DNA of 64,000 nucleotides, from NCBI GenBank assembly GCA_034780895.1, contig JAUZTB010000087.1, positions 23,882,424 through 23,946,423 of the forward strand, written 5' to 3'. Under the pieces are notes generated by a model that saw only the letters and a list, made by a program, of their open reading frames with translations, was not told where the DNA came from and did not search any database. Positions 1 to 14,402 of this stretch are shown in pieces. The position numbers were made by a program, and so were the translations under genes. Origin of the DNA: Rhynchobatus australiae (lineage: Eukaryota). The first letter of the stretch is position 1. The number at the start of each line of letters is the position of its first letter.

Positions 1-1689
1 TGAAGCTTTTCCCGTCCCCAAGACCTGTCTATGTTGGAACTCAATTTTTCTTCCAGCTACAGCCTCAACCTTCTGTTTTGTTTTTAAATACAGGCTTGGC
101 ATCACCTATTCCCTTCTTACCGATTTACATCTTCAACAGTTCCCATATTACATTAAGAGCCTGAGTTTTTCATTTTAGTTCAAGATCAAAAATATAAAAT
201 ATAGTGATTTTATCTGTAATTTCCCCATGCAAATTGCAGCACAAATGTTATTAACAGTGGCAATGATCTTACATCTTTAAGATCTGAGCAATTATTATAC
301 CCGTAAAGTGCTTACAGCTCCCTTTTAACTAATTCTGTTTAACACAATGTAATTTGATATTTCTGTGCACTGAAAGCTGTGTAAACCATATGTGTTAAAT
401 TAAAGACTATCAAAGATGTTTTTATATAAACAAGATCCTATTAAAATATTTTAGAGACAAAGAGAACTATAGTGGCAATCGTAATTTAGCCTCAGATGTA
501 AATTACATTCTTGTGCTTCATCCAAAATCACAGGTGTTGACTGATAGTTAATACCAGTATAAAGATCAATCGAGTTGATAAAGAAAATAATGACTCCTGG
601 AAGGAGTCCACAAAAGGCTAAAAGAATTTATCTTCTTTTCAATACAGCTTCTAAATGGAATGGCTTTCCAAAAAAAGGTGAAACAAACTTACATATTTAT
701 GAATATGAGAACTTAAAAGTGATTCTGTTGAACGATGTGATTATAATGGATTGTAGTAGCAAGGAGAACAGATAAAGTTTAGGAGCAGGCAAGTTATGGT
801 AAATTGCTGTAGCAAAGACATTTGGGGTTATTAAAGGATTTCGAATTAAGATATTTAAAGTCAAGCAGATTGTTCCTTGTTTACTGTTTTTCAATCTTCT
901 TCAAGCCAAATTCTTATCCACAGATTATTTTGATTTCTTACATTTCCTTTTTTGTTCATAAAAAAATTCATGATTCCCAGAGTTTGTTGATTGCCTCTTC
1001 AAGAAATCTCTCCTTTCGTGCTTTTCTGCTTCCTCTCTGCATAATTGCTCTTCTGGTTACCTCCTTTGAATGATTTTGATCATATCTTAAATTCAATGCA
1101 TATATAATACATAGTTTACAAGTACTATATTGTCTATAAGCAATAATACGTATAGTTTATATGTTGCACAATTTATTAGTAACATGTCTTAAACAAAGAA
1201 TAATCACAAAAAAATTGGTCCAGTCATGGCCATCAAGAGTTAAAGATAGCACTAGATCAAAAAGGAAACAAAATATGGCCTAAAACTACATGAGGATTGG
1301 GAGAAGTTCAGAATTCAGCAAAGGTGGACCAGTAAGGAAATGAAAACTAGAATCTGAGGGTAAGTTAGCAGGAGATAATAAAATAAGCTGCAAGTCTTCA
1401 ATAGATATCCAAAGTGAGACAGCAAAAAAAAAGGGGAATAAGGAAAGTTAACAAATATTCTGTATCTTATATTAAACAAATATTTCATAGATAAAAACAC
1501 ATAAAACCTCCTGGAAATAGTGCAGCACTACAGATCTATAGTCAATGATAAGTTCAAAAGAAAATAGAATTAGTGAAAAAATTAGTATTGGAGAAATTAA
1601 TCGGACTGAGAGGTAATAAATCCCTTGGAAAAAAGAATGGAGAGAATCAGTTATATCAACAAATTGATGAATACATTTGACACATCAGT

Positions 1690-2010
1690 TGGCACAGTGG
1701 CACAGCAGTTAGGATTCTGACCTTGGGTTCTCTCTGTGGAGTTTGCATAGCCTCTCTGTGAAAACATGAGTTTCTTCAGGGAGCTCCAGTTTTATCTCAT
1801 ATTTTAAAAAACATGTTAGTAAAACATTGTACATTTCTCCTTAATGTAAGTTAATAACAAAATAAATCAATAGGAAGCTGATGGACAAGTATGAGAGGGA
1901 ATATGTTGCAGAGGTGCAGGAAAGTAAGGAGAAGGGGAATGGGACTCATGGAATTGCTTCCCTGGGAGCTAGCATGGACCCACATGGTTGAAAAACCTTT
2001 CTGTGTCATT
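1690..2010 (+). mobile_element. Old degenerate V-SINE-like element
   Basis: ggcacagtggcacagcag head, gtggagtttgca...gagctccagttt core, CR1-like tail. Confidence 0.5.
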
Positions 2011-2106
2011 GTGTAAATCAGAGATTTTCATTTCTTTCATTGTGTGTTTGAAAGCCTCAATGTTCAGCAATAATGGAACAGTGCTGCCAAATGGTACTCG
2101 CTCCCT

Positions 2107-2322
2107 CTAAGGAGTTTGTACGTTCTCCCCGTGTCTGCGTAGGTTTCCTCCAGGTGCTCTGGTTTCCTCCCACATGCCAAAGACGTACAGGTTAGGAGCT
2201 GTGGGCATGCAATGTTGGCGCCAGAAGAGTGGCGACACTTGTGGCCTTCTCAGCAACACAAAAAGACGTATTTCACTGTGTGTTTCGATGTACATGTGAT
2301 TAATAAATAAATATCTTATCTT
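2107..2322 (+). mobile_element. V-SINE/HE1-like SINE, 5' truncated
   Basis: core ggagtttgtacgttctccccgtgtctgcgt.ggtttcctcc.ggtgctc.ggtttcctcccaca; tail aataaataaatatctt; sister copy at 38778-39052. Confidence 0.75.
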
Positions 2323-3894
2323 GTTCGATTTGGATTTCACCTGGATTCCTTGTCACCTCATAACAGCCTTAGGCCAAACATGGATTGGCAAGTAACACTC
2401 AAGGACTATCTCTAAAAAAGACCCCTGTGTTTATTATTCAACGTCATATCACCTTCAAATCCTCCATCACCATCAGTTTGTGAGTCACCATCCACTAGAA
2501 ATTTAGCTGGACCAGACACATAAGTACAGTGGCTACAAGGGCAGGTTAGACATTGTGCATCTTGCAGGAATCAAACTTCACCTGATACCCAAAAGCCTTT
2601 CTATCATTTTAAAAGTCAGGAGTATAATGAAAAACATTCCAATTGGCTGGATGAATGCAGCTCCAACAACACTCAAGAAACTCAAAANNNNNNNNNNNNN
2701 NNNNNNNNNNNNNNNNNNNNNNNNNNNNNNNNNNNNNNNNNNNNNNNNNNNNNNNNNNNNNNNNNNNNNNNNNNNNNNNNNNNNNNNCCTGGGTGAGTGC
2801 AGCTCCAACAACACTCAAGAAACTCAAAACTGCTCAGGGCAAAACAATCCCCCAACACACATACTAAATATTCATTCTCTCATTATCATTTAGCAATATT
2901 TCCAATGGATATTAAATAAAAATATTACAAATCAGAATATGACATCAAACAGAACTAAAAAATATAATGTATCCTTGAAATCAGAACCAATTATGTATGT
3001 TAGTGTCTTGAATCTACAGGAATGTTCTGAATGCAACTATTCCAGTGCATCACACTGTGGGTAGCTATTGGTTTGCTTCCTCACCACCTTTTCAGCCAAA
3101 CAGGAAACTATGCTTCAGTTGTGACCACATTAGGGCAACCTTCTCTTTTATCACCGGACACTGAATTAATAATGAGCACAGAGGATTGTCCGGTCTTGAC
3201 AATTACTTTTATTGTAAGTACTTGACCTAGTTACTGAATTCACATGACTTGTTAGATTGAATTTTCAGCTTCGACCTCTTCAGTTAATGTCCATTAATCT
3301 GAAGAGGAAATTTGTAATTTTGTGGGATTCAAACATATTTTCAAATGGATGGGAGCTGCCACTTGCCACAAAAATATATTCTATGCCTAGATAGTTTTCC
3401 AAGATCATGGATTATTTGCTTTTTTTGGGGGGGACGCGAGTTTCCTGACACCTCCCAGAGTCTGGGAAGGAAGTGGTGATCGGTGCAATAGATTTTAGAG
3501 TCCTCCTGAAATGGTTACAAGTGAAGATGATTTCTGCAATACATGAAATAGTACAATGGATTAAGCCCAGCAAAGAATGAAAAATGTGCTAAATGGCATT
3601 TGCCATCAATTGTATATAATTACAATAAAACCATCCATACTTGCGATGCGTGATAAATCTTGAAGGCATTTCCAGTATAAAAAAACAGAAGCAATGGGCC
3701 ACGTGGAAGCTGGTGGAACAGTTGAAGTTTCCTGCTCTCCCTAAATTGGGCAGTGATTAATTTTTATCTGAAGAGGCAGTCTGATGTGTATAATCCAAAA
3801 GGTGTCATGACCTACATGTAGCATTCACTAGATTGAAATGTCAGTCGAGATTTGTATGTTTAAGTGGAAAGAAAGACTTGCATTTTTCCCTTTG

Positions 3895-4268
3895 GGAATT
3901 CGGGATGACTTGCTTTCACTCTGGTTCTGTGGGGTTTAAGATGGCTGATGAGACCAGTGTGGAATCAGCATTCTCTGCCATAGGTGCATTAAGAGGTGCT
4001 TGAGATGCAGGTTGGTAGTTTGGAAGCTGGACTACTCCTTCCACAGTTTATGCTAGGTTTCTGTGTGCTCCCAGTGAATGGACTCAGGCTTCACAAAGCC
4101 ATCCTGAATGCTTCTTCTCCATTTTGTGTGGTCATGGGTCTGGGATTCCCACATCAGCAGTGATATTACACTTTCTCATGTTGGTCTTTCTTGAATCATT
4201 TTCTCTGTCCACCTACTAATTTCTTGCCATGGTGGATCTTAGATTATTGTATCTGCTTTAGGAATCTA
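3895..4268 (-). mobile_element. RTE-like LINE 3' fragment
   Basis: visible similarity to 37560-37890 (gatgactt..cttccact/ctttcact...gttctg...ctgatgag; tcttgaatc...ttctctgtc); boundaries approximate. Confidence 0.55.
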
Positions 4269-4269
4269 A

Positions 4270-5060
4270 AGGGAAGGGAGGAGAAGAGGAGGGCATTAGT
4301 CATAGGGGACTCGATAGTCAGGGGAACAGACAGGGGGTTCTGTGGACGTCAGCAAGAATCCAGGATGGTATGTTGCCTCCCAGGTGCCAGGGTCCGGGAT
4401 GTCTCTGATCGGGTCCACAGCATTCTTGAGCAGGAGGGAAAGCAGCCAGAAGTCCTGGTACATGTTGGTACAAATGACATAGGTAGAAAGAGGGATGAGG
4501 TCCTGCAGAGCAAGGTTAAGGAGCTTGGCAGAAGGCTGAATAACAGGACCTCAAGAGTAGCAATTTTAGGATTGCTGCCAGTGCCACGTGATAGTGAAGG
4601 TAAGAATAGGAGGAGATAGATGGCAGATGAATGTGTTGCTGAGGATTTGGTGCAGGGCACAAGGTTTTAGATTTTTGGATCATTGGGATCTTGTCTGGGG
4701 AAGGTGGGATCTGTACAGAATGGTCAGATTACACCTGAACTCGAGGGGGACGAATATCCTTGCAGGCAGGTTTGCTAGTGTGGTTCCGGAGGGTTTAAAC
4801 TAGTTTGCGAGGGGGATGGGAACCAGAGGGGTAGGTCAGTTGAAGATGTAAGGTCAGATCCAACACACAGAGAGGCTTTGAGGAAGGAGAAGCAGAGCAT
4901 AGGGTATAAAAGTGCATTTATTTAAATGCAAGAAGTATCAGGAATGAGGGTGATGAACTGAGAGCTTGGATAAATATGTGGAACTCTTGCAGAGACTTGG
5001 CTGTCACCAGGGCAGGAATGGATACTGAATATTCCTGGATTTCAGTGTTTTAAAAGGGAT
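4270..5060 (+). mobile_element. CR1-type LINE fragment: ORF1 SGNH-esterase domain and start of ORF2 endonuclease, frameshifted and cut by a gap
   Basis: VIGDSIVRG, VHVGTND and LHLN esterase motifs in ORFs 4191..4619 and 4588..4803; CIYLNARSIRNEGDELRAW at about 4913-4970 is an APE endonuclease N-terminus. Confidence 0.88.
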
Positions 5061-5160
5061 NNNNNNNNNNNNNNNNNNNNNNNNNNNNNNNNNNNNNNNN
5101 NNNNNNNNNNNNNNNNNNNNNNNNNNNNNNNNNNNNNNNNNNNNNNNNNNNNNNNNNNNN

Positions 5161-5292
5161 AGGTACTTATGCTAGGCCCCTGATGGTGCTCAGGTGTGTG
5201 TCATTATACAATCAGTCCAGCATGGAATCCATGTGCTGTACAACAAGGCATCTAAGGAGTCAAATCGAGGGCCAATACTCAGAACCATGACA
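5161..5292. mobile_element. LTR-like repeat, copy 1 (right part only; left part in gap)
   Basis: near-identical to 9712-9838 and 19190-19320; ends ...GAACCATGACA. Confidence 0.8.
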
Positions 5293-8200
5293 TGTTATGC
5301 AAAGCTATGTCACAACCCCAATACTTCTCTCAATTTTTCTTGTTGAATTGCTACACCTCACCTCCAATGAACTTCCATTGGAATGGAGTTATCTACAGGA
5401 CACCTGAAATTCATTTGCAGCTAATGAAGTACCTTTGAAGTGCAGTGACAGTTGTAATTTAGGAAACTTAGCATGTTCTATAAATGATAGTGAAATAACA
5501 AATAATCCCTTTTTTACATGTTGGTTAAGGGATAAATGGTGGCCAGGAAAAAGGGACAATTTCTCAGTTCTTCATTGTCATAGTATGCTTTTATATCCAC
5601 CAGAGAGGACAAGTGATTTTAACACATCACCTCTGACAGTACAACATTCCCTCACTACCGCATTAAGATACCAGTCTGGATTATGAGCCCAAGTCTGCTA
5701 CCATTGAGCCAACCTGATCCAAAAATTTTAAATGATTGCCTATTGCTGTAGACATTCAAAATCAATTCATATGGGTGGTTGCAATACTATAATCAAACAT
5801 CCAATTTCTGTACCATCAACAGCATTTGACCTCAATGCAGTAAAATGCACCAATACAAAATAGTCCTTAGACTTTATTACATTATTAGCTATTCATTGCC
5901 AAATATTGCAAAAACATTGTTTTGAAATTTTAACTGCAACCAATCATTCCAACCAATTATGGCTTGGTAAAGCTGAGAAGCCCGATGCAAAGTGCATCCA
6001 GCCCCACAACTCAGCAGACCAGTTCTACACCCTTGAATCCAATGGGCAGAGCAGCAAGTCAGATACACTGGGTTTCAACACACAGGCAAGGAGGTCAAAT
6101 ATACTTTGACCCATGAAGAAGGCATTGCTGGTTCTATAAGGAACTGCTGGCCGGAGATGATTAAAATTCAGCCTGTTGCCAAGTGTTCTCACTGGAAAAT
6201 GTTTGTAAAAACATGAGGATAAGAAGCAGCCGCTCCGTTCCTACAATCTGCTTTCATTATGGTTCGTTCCAGCCCAGCAAATGCAGTGCTTCCCCATGGG
6301 ATCCAGGAACAAAGAAAATGTACATCAAATGTAGGGTTCTATCACTCCACACAAACTCTCCGTGTTCCCTTCAATCAGAATCAGAATCAATTTATTATCA
6401 CTGACATATGACGTGAAATTTGCTGTTTTGCAGCAGCAGTACCAGTGCAAACAGCAGCAGTACAGTGCACAAGACTCCCCAGTGAAAACTCAGGATCACT
6501 GAACTTATCCTGAATTCCTAATGCCAAAGGGTTGGGGATGCTCAGTCATTGAGTACATGCAGGGCTTAGATTGATAGAGCTTTGGACTGTAAGGGAATCA
6601 AGGGGTACAGGGACCAGCAGAAGAGTTGACATGAGATACGGAATCCCCCATGATCTTACTAAATGGTGGAGTAGACACCAACTTCTATTTTTTATGTTCT
6701 TACCTAAGAAACCAATTCCTGAAGGAATAAATTAAATCAGTATTTTTCTTTCCAAATATTAGCAGGTCTGATGTCTATTTCCAATATTTCCTGTTTAAAC
6801 ATACTTAATTTATATATCATGCTTAGTATTAAAATTGAAAAGTTTGATCTCTTTCTGTGTGTAAACAGAAAAGTAGGATTGTAGACCAATTAAGTGGTCA
6901 CAGGATCCACGGGCAAAGAAGGTCTGAAGTTAAAGTCCCATTACTGCCCAGGGACTTTCTCCTTCACATGGCTGTAATTCCCTTGTCCACAAATTGCATT
7001 AAGAGAAATGGTCAAGGAAAAACCTTTTGCACAGTTGAGTATTTCTTTAATAATTTTATTGAGTGCTTTCTCAGAATACAAATGGCTGATTCAAAGTTTG
7101 CTGCACCTCTCCTATTGGCAAAATGTAATATGGTGCATAACTGGTGCTTGAAACAGATTATGGTCTATTGGCTATTTCTACCGAATTATGGCATGAGCTG
7201 AACTGTCAGAAAAGGGTGACAGAGTAGTATGATCATGAGAGGGAACTCAAAGCTATGAGAGCTTATTGGTGCGTGTCATGATTGCTGCAAGATTTTCCAC
7301 AGCATCGCATCATCCAAATGTGGTTGCCCTAGACTTCTGCCTAGTGGCTCAGTTGAAGCATCTGGAAGGAACTTGGTCTGGTTCCAGATTTTGTATGGGA
7401 CAATGGATTTAGTTGGGGAAAAAGATGAAAATCAGTTAAATTGTTCTCTGATTCAAAAAGCCACATGGGCTGGATTTTCTTCTATTTGCATATGTTCATT
7501 TAGGTGCCTATTTAAAATATTAACTGGAAAGAACTTGCAAAATTAGTTTGTTGACTTTGGCCAATACACCAACATNNNNNNNNNNNNNNNNNNNNNNNNN
7601 NNNNNNNNNNNNNNNNNNNNNNNNNNNNNNNNNNNNNNNNNNNNNNNNNNNNNNNNNNNNNNNNNNNNNNNNNNNCACCAACATGCAGATGGTAAAGATT
7701 GCGAAATTGTTGCACAATTTAGTCACTCCAACTGGAAGCTGAATTTGAAAGGGATGTTTGAAGTCACTTGTAAAATAACTTCCCTAACACATGGACAAGT
7801 GCAGATACATGAAATAAAATTTATCTTGGATCACGGTCAAGTGTTGACTGAGCCACTGAGGTTGTGTCAGAAGTCTCTAAGAAACTATTGGTAATGGTTC
7901 TGTGGCTTTATTCAGTTGGATAAAGACTTTTTCCATTGCTCGCAATGAAGCTTTCACACATCATGACCAGAATGTCTTTCAGAAGAAAGAAAATTGAGAG
8001 TGTTAAAGGGATTTGTTCCAGAGAACTAGGACAATAAACTTGTCAAATGTAATATCACATTGCCCTCACCACAATACAGTAGGAGGAGGAAGTTACAATA
8101 GCTTTTTCCAAAATGGAAGGAAAATAATTTTTCTTTAAAATTTTATTTGCCACAGCTTTATGTGTAAGATTCTACTGGTCCAGCTGCTCTGGGGCAGGTT

Positions 8201-8844
8201 GCATTGAATTTTAAAATGAGCCCTTTCCCCAAATTTGAATATGCTGCTGACACAGGAAAATCTGGCTCAGTGAGGAAAAGGACCACAAGATTTGGCAAAG
8301 GGGCTGTAGGTCACAATGAACAGGAAGTCATGGTGGTTCATTAAATTGAACTAACTGCTCATCATGATACAGCAAGAGACTATGGGGAGTGACTGTGCCT
8401 TCAAAACGGAATGGTCCTGCTGCAGAAGATGGAACAAAGGAGGTGGAGCGTGACGGAGCCTGATGGAGCCTCAACTGGAGTCCAACATCCATTATCTGCA
8501 TTGTGTTGATGGATGATCACTGAGTAATGCATTATTCAGCTTCCTCATACCTGGAGCTGCCCGAAGATATTTAATAGCATCAGGAGCTAGGTAGGTTTGC
8601 TTTCTCAGAGTTCGTTTGTTCCTCAGGTCTGGTAACATCAGCAACCAAGAAGGAAAAAAGCACATTATGGCATCCAGGTTGAGCTCCTCTTTTATCAACC
8701 CTCTTCATCATATGTCTCGAGTCCTCCATTGACACCTTGCAGTGTGCTCAGAAAGTATTAATGAGATTTAAGACCCAATTCCAAGCCACCAAATTGGGGT
8801 TAACATCACTCCGTGCACCAAATAATGAATCATGGTCAAGCATG

Positions 8845-9225
8845 TCACATTCACTTCTGAGTCAGAAAGTTGTGAACAAGAGTCACACTCCAAAGGCTTG
8901 AGCATAAGCTCTAGGCCAATGTAGAGGGAGTGTGGACTGTAAGTCTTTAAGAGACATTGATTTCAAATCAATTTAAAATAACTAATGGAATTAATTTGAA
9001 GAACTCTGGTGTTTTACAATGTGACATGTTCAGTATTTAACCCTCAATGGACAACACATAAAAATGCTTTTATCATTGCCTCATTGCTATTTGTTGAAAC
9101 TTGCTGTCCCCATATTGTCTGCCTCACTTCCTACATGAGAAAAGTTCTGTGCTTCATTGACTAGAAATGCTTTCAGATATTCTCGGATTACGTAAGGTGC
9201 TGTTCAAAGGAGTCCTGCTTTTCTA
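8845..9225 (+). mobile_element. Ancient tRNA-derived SINE (SacSINE1/DeuSINE-like)
   Basis: ctgagtcagaa.gttgtg head; homologous to 17712-18150 and, in reverse, to 5420-5712, 31690-31960 and 56255-56578; family name from memory. Confidence 0.55.
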
Positions 9226-9370
9226 TGTCATAGTCTTATTTATAATATCCAGAACAGCTATTCTGTGCAAACTGTGGAAATCCACTGTGTATTTCTTTCC
9301 ATGTCTTATCAATGTTGTTAATGTATTTTTGCTTGAGCAGTGTGCTTGCTGCTAACATGATTGCCAAAAC

Positions 9371-9838
9371 CGTCACAATGTTGAACAAAGAGCAAGCTCA
9401 CAGAGAATCCAAATGCAGCACACTGGTACAGGACTGGGGTCAGGATACTTCCTCAGGACCAAATATGGGCAGCAGCTGGAAGGAATCTTGCCTCAGAGAT
9501 CTGAGTAGGAATGCCAACACAAACTGAATCTTCAAACAGGAATAGAGAACACAGAACTACTCTAGAGTAGACCACACNNNNNNNNNNNNNNNNNNNNNNN
9601 NNNNNNNNNNNNNNNNNNNNNNNNNNNNNNNNNNNNNNNNNNNNNNNNNNNNNNNNNNNNNNNNNNNNNNNNNNNNNCCAATACTCTGGCAACTAGTGCT
9701 AGAGAAACCCAGGTACTTATGCTAGGCCCCTGATGGGGCTCAGGTGTGTGTCACCAATCAGTCCAGCATGGAATCCATGTGCTGGACAACAAGGCGTCTA
9801 AGGAGCCAAATCAAGGGCCAGTACTCAGAACCATGACA
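9371..9838. mobile_element. Solo LTR-like repeat, copy 2 (contains a 100-N gap)
   Basis: starts cGTCACA and ends CATGACA; flanks aaaac/gaaac form a 5-bp TSD with one mismatch. Confidence 0.8.
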
Positions 9839-12800
9839 GAAACTAGATTGAACAGCTGAAATGATGGTCACTAAAACAATTAATGTGGCAGGCATGTGAA
9901 TCAGTTGATTCACTAGCTGTTACTTTTCAGAGGTACTTACATGCATGAAGAATTTCCAGGAGTTTGTTAAAGCACAGTTACACAGCAGGTAGTGCTGCTG
10001 ATCTTGAATGCTGCATTCCCCCTGTGATTGTGTGTGATTTCCCGTGTACCCCTGTTACCTGCCATTTTGGAAGGTATTGAGGGGAGAACAGGTTACAGGG
10101 AAATAGATGGGAAAATAGCACTTTTGGGAATGTTCTGATCGCCTCCATATACCTGATGGGCCAAACGTATAAGCTTATATTCTGATAAACTCTTTAAAAA
10201 TTGTTTTGATAATAAGGCTTGCTTCTAACAGGCACCCTAATGGTAAGAATTCTAAATGAATAGGATGTTAACAAGGAGGCATATTTCAAAGTGTCACCTT
10301 TTTACAAAGCTGCACAATTTATGAAATGGGTCACAGACATTTTTAAAGATTAACATAATGTGTTAAAAGACCAAAAGCAAAAAGACCAACACATTCATCT
10401 TTTTCTGAACACAAATTATTTACAGAATATTTGATTTCACCACATTAGTCAGAAGCTTCACTTATTAATTTATCATGATTAAACAGCTGCCAAACTCCCA
10501 TTTGTTAGATTTGGATTTTGCCACATTAACCGAAAAAGGATTCTGATCTTCGTTCAAGACATGCGTAGGTGGTGTGTTGTACAGAGCATGGAAGGATGGA
10601 GAGTAGAGTCACCTCTTGGCCACACCCTGAGTAGTCACTAATTATTGAGGATGTGCATATGTATATTAAAAATGCATGTTCATAGTACTTCTTCCTAGTT
10701 AAATTTTAATTCTTGTCTGTTTTATTAGCAGTTCATTTTTGTTTTCTGTGTAGACTTAATTGCCTGGAAATGACATACCACTTTGTTTTTAATGGGGATC
10801 ATTAATCATTATTGCTTGTGGCATTACTATCATATCAAGTCCCTCCAAAAAAAGTTGTGAAATTGGCTCCAAACTAACATGTAGTAGTTTGATTTAGTGT
10901 GAGTTCCACTCAAAAAGATGTGTTAGGCTGTGATCTGCATGGGTCCTGATGGGAATATACCCAACTTACCACAGCTACTGCCAGTTCCTTGCGGAGTGAT
11001 CAGAGAAGGGTGTCTGTCCTCAAAGACACACTCCATACAGCAGCCAGACAGCAGCAGTAAACATGATGACTGCTGTGGTGGAGGGCATGGAGGGAACACC
11101 AAGTTTCTCTGAAAGAGACCATGTCTGGTGAAGGAAATTAATACCAGGAGGGACAACCCATGTACCATGGAGTAATGCCAGAAAAATATCATGGCCATTA
11201 GATTTGTCAAGGTAATCTTCAACAGCACTGTAAATACACCTCTTATGGCTGATACTAATTTCACATTTGCATACACACACGCACACACCTGCAAATTTTA
11301 CTACCTGGTTCTTTATGTCAAACAACAAGCAACAGTTGTTTGTGGACCCAGGGATTCCAATTTGTGTTGGGAAGGGTTCAAACATGCATTGAACATTCAT
11401 GCCTGATGAAAGGTAAATATCAAATTGGTATCATGGATCATGATCCGAAGTGACCTGCCCAATTTTGCAATTGACATGATTTCACCTAGAAATGATTGCT
11501 AACATGATTTACTCTATGTAACACCAATTTTGGATCCAATGGCACTGAAAGAAAAACAATGCGAGGGGATCCATTATCTAGGCAAATATTCTTTTGCAAA
11601 GATAATCAACGCATTTATAATATTAACAAGTTCACAGAGTTTACTGGACATGCAATGAAATTGGCACTGGAATATCTTGAAGCGGTCTCTGTTTCCTTTG
11701 ATTGAAACAAAAAAAAAACTGTGGACAGTGGAAATCTGAAACAGAAGTTGCCAGAAACGCTTAGCATCTGTGATAGTCAGCATCTAGGAGGGAAATAAGG
11801 GTTAGCACTTCATGACAATGACTCTTCATCAGGACAGAAGAAAATGAGAAAACCTGAAACAAACTTGTTTTGACACATTCTGATGAAGCATCATTGACCT
11901 GAAATGATGACAGTGTTTTCTTTCCTCACATGCTGTCTGGGCTGCTGAATATTTCTAGCAATTCCTGTTTTTGCCTCTGCTTCCATTGAGGAGTTTCCAA
12001 ATATTCCCAGATGCAGTCTCTGTAGCATCACCCGATCTAAAAGTTGTAAGCCAAGATCTTCCTGGTCTATGTGGCGTTGTACCCAATAAATCAGGAAGAC
12101 CATGCCATCTTGTAGAGGGTTTTCTCCTTACTGCCTTAAGTAGAGCATTCTGTACAGTTAAGGGAGACAAAAATCTTTAACAAAAGCAAAGCATGGCAGA
12201 CAATGGAAATGTGAAATAAAAACAGAAAGTGAACTGGATCAGGAGGTCTATGTGGAGAAAGAGCGAGAGAGTGTCAGCGTTTGAGCTTGATGGTTTTTCA
12301 TCTGAATCTTCCTCACTGGTTTTCCTGGGGAATAGTTTTCCAGCTATTCATTAAAACATACACTGATGCATCAAATTACAAGAAGTGCTGGATCTGTAAA
12401 TGCAAAATTGTAGTTTTGCTTTCAACTCAGTGTTCCTACTGCATATCCTAATGAATGAAACTAGAAACAACACTGAGCAGTGAAGATTAAATAAATGATT
12501 CACAATACTCCCCATAACTAAGGACTGTCTGAAAAAGCCCATTATTATTTAGTCACATTAAAATATAAAGTAACTATATGAATCATTTAAATTATAGGCT
12601 TTATCATACCTCATAGTCTGTTTTCACCATAAACTCAGAATTAATCAATGCTATTCTTTACATGGAAACCACTGAAACAATTACTTTTTCCAATCCAACA
12701 AGGGTTTGTACTTCTTAGACTCTATACCCACTAATATTTCCAGGCTAATTCACAACAAGCTGTACAAACCCAGGGCAAAACCATTTCAAAATGATCTATT

Positions 12801-14402
12801 TTAAAATAGCCTCTTGAAGTGGTTTCAACTGGATAATTAAAGCATGAGCCAGTTGCTTTCATGTGAGCACAGGGAAAAACTCATTGAAGTCAGTTCCAAA
12901 GTACATAAAAAGCAAACAGAATGCAAAATGAAACCAAAAGCTATCACTGTCAACTGATGTATGTTAAGATAGTGATCCCATTAATTGAAAAATTAGCTCA
13001 CTGCCTTAAGCAAACCTATTTTTTGATTGATTGAGCCGGTTCTTTTTAATCATTAGAAATAGGTGACCTGTAAGTGGTGTTCTGAAGCTAAATGTTGTTC
13101 CCTGACATGGTAAAACATGGTTATCAGGGAGTTATATTTTTTACTAAGTGATTCATTATAAGGATGACACAGAGTGAGCAGTGCATTTCATAAAATCATA
13201 GAAATGGAATCATAGATATGACACAGGGGGCTGTTGGACCCCATCATCCAGTGTTAGCTCTTTGAAAGAGCAGTCACACACATTCTCACTCTGCAGTTTT
13301 AATATGACACCCTATCTCAATTCTCTGCCCAATTCCCTGTTAAAATTATTTATGCAAGCAGTTTACACTGCCTTTTCAGGTGGAGTATTCACAATGTTCT
13401 GAGTGGTAACAAATTCTCTTCATGTCCCTCCTGGATGTTTTGCCAATGACTCTATAACCATGTTACTTGTGGGCGTGAAATTTGAAACTTTGTCTGGGGC
13501 TCTTCTGGAGTAACTCCCTGATGACCAGGTAAAGACGAATGACTTGACAGTAGGTCATCCACCTGGACCGATTCAGCGATATTTTCAGCTGTAAATGGTT
13601 TGTTCCATCTTAGAAGAACCAGAAAAGGCATGACCAAACCTTGAGAAGTTTATGAAGTATCATCCAACTCATTTAAACTGGAAAGATGGATGAGCAACAG
13701 ACAAAAATCTGGAAGGAATTAATCAAATCCCCATGAGCCTGCAAATAGGAGAGATGGGACAGGAGAGGGGATAGTGGTAGGATCAAAATGCCTACATAAC
13801 TTGGAGTTTCATGCCAATTGTAGAATCAGCTTTTATTTCCCAGTAACAACAGGCGGATTGTGCAATATGCCATTGTGACAGGCATTGAGCAACCTCACCA
13901 GCAATTCTTAAACACACCACTGCAGAAGCCACCATATTCAGACTCAGTTATTAACCTTTCACAGTCTTCCCCAGAGCTCCTACCCTCCTGCTCCTGTCCC
14001 GCTGATCTGTAATGAATTTGGTGCCAGTCAGTGCCAAATATGAGTATTTATAGATGAATTATATGAAAGGTTGATCTTACGGCGCTTTTTTGGGCAGAGG
14101 TCCTAGCACGTCCTCGACAGAGTGGGTGGCTCCCCATATGGTGAGCATTTGAGATTGCTGCTTGCAGCACGCCAGGATTATTTAAATGCAGGAACCTTCT
14201 CCAGCCCAGGAATGTTTGCTGAGCTGGCACAAGGGTTCTCAGCAGGGGGGGTGCTGATACTAATGGGATGAAATGCTTGCAGAGTTTAAGCATTATGTCA
14301 TTTGTTTGCAAACAGTAGAGGAAGAATTTGTGACTGAAGATGAGAGGATCTCCCTTGAAATCCTTTATTTCCATATAACCTCATGATTTAGGAGGAGGCC
14401 AT

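Noticed and set aside
4191-4803. Longest gap-free ORFs, with esterase motifs, as a host lipase gene
   Set aside because: They are frameshifted CR1 ORF1 followed directly by the ORF2 endonuclease start.
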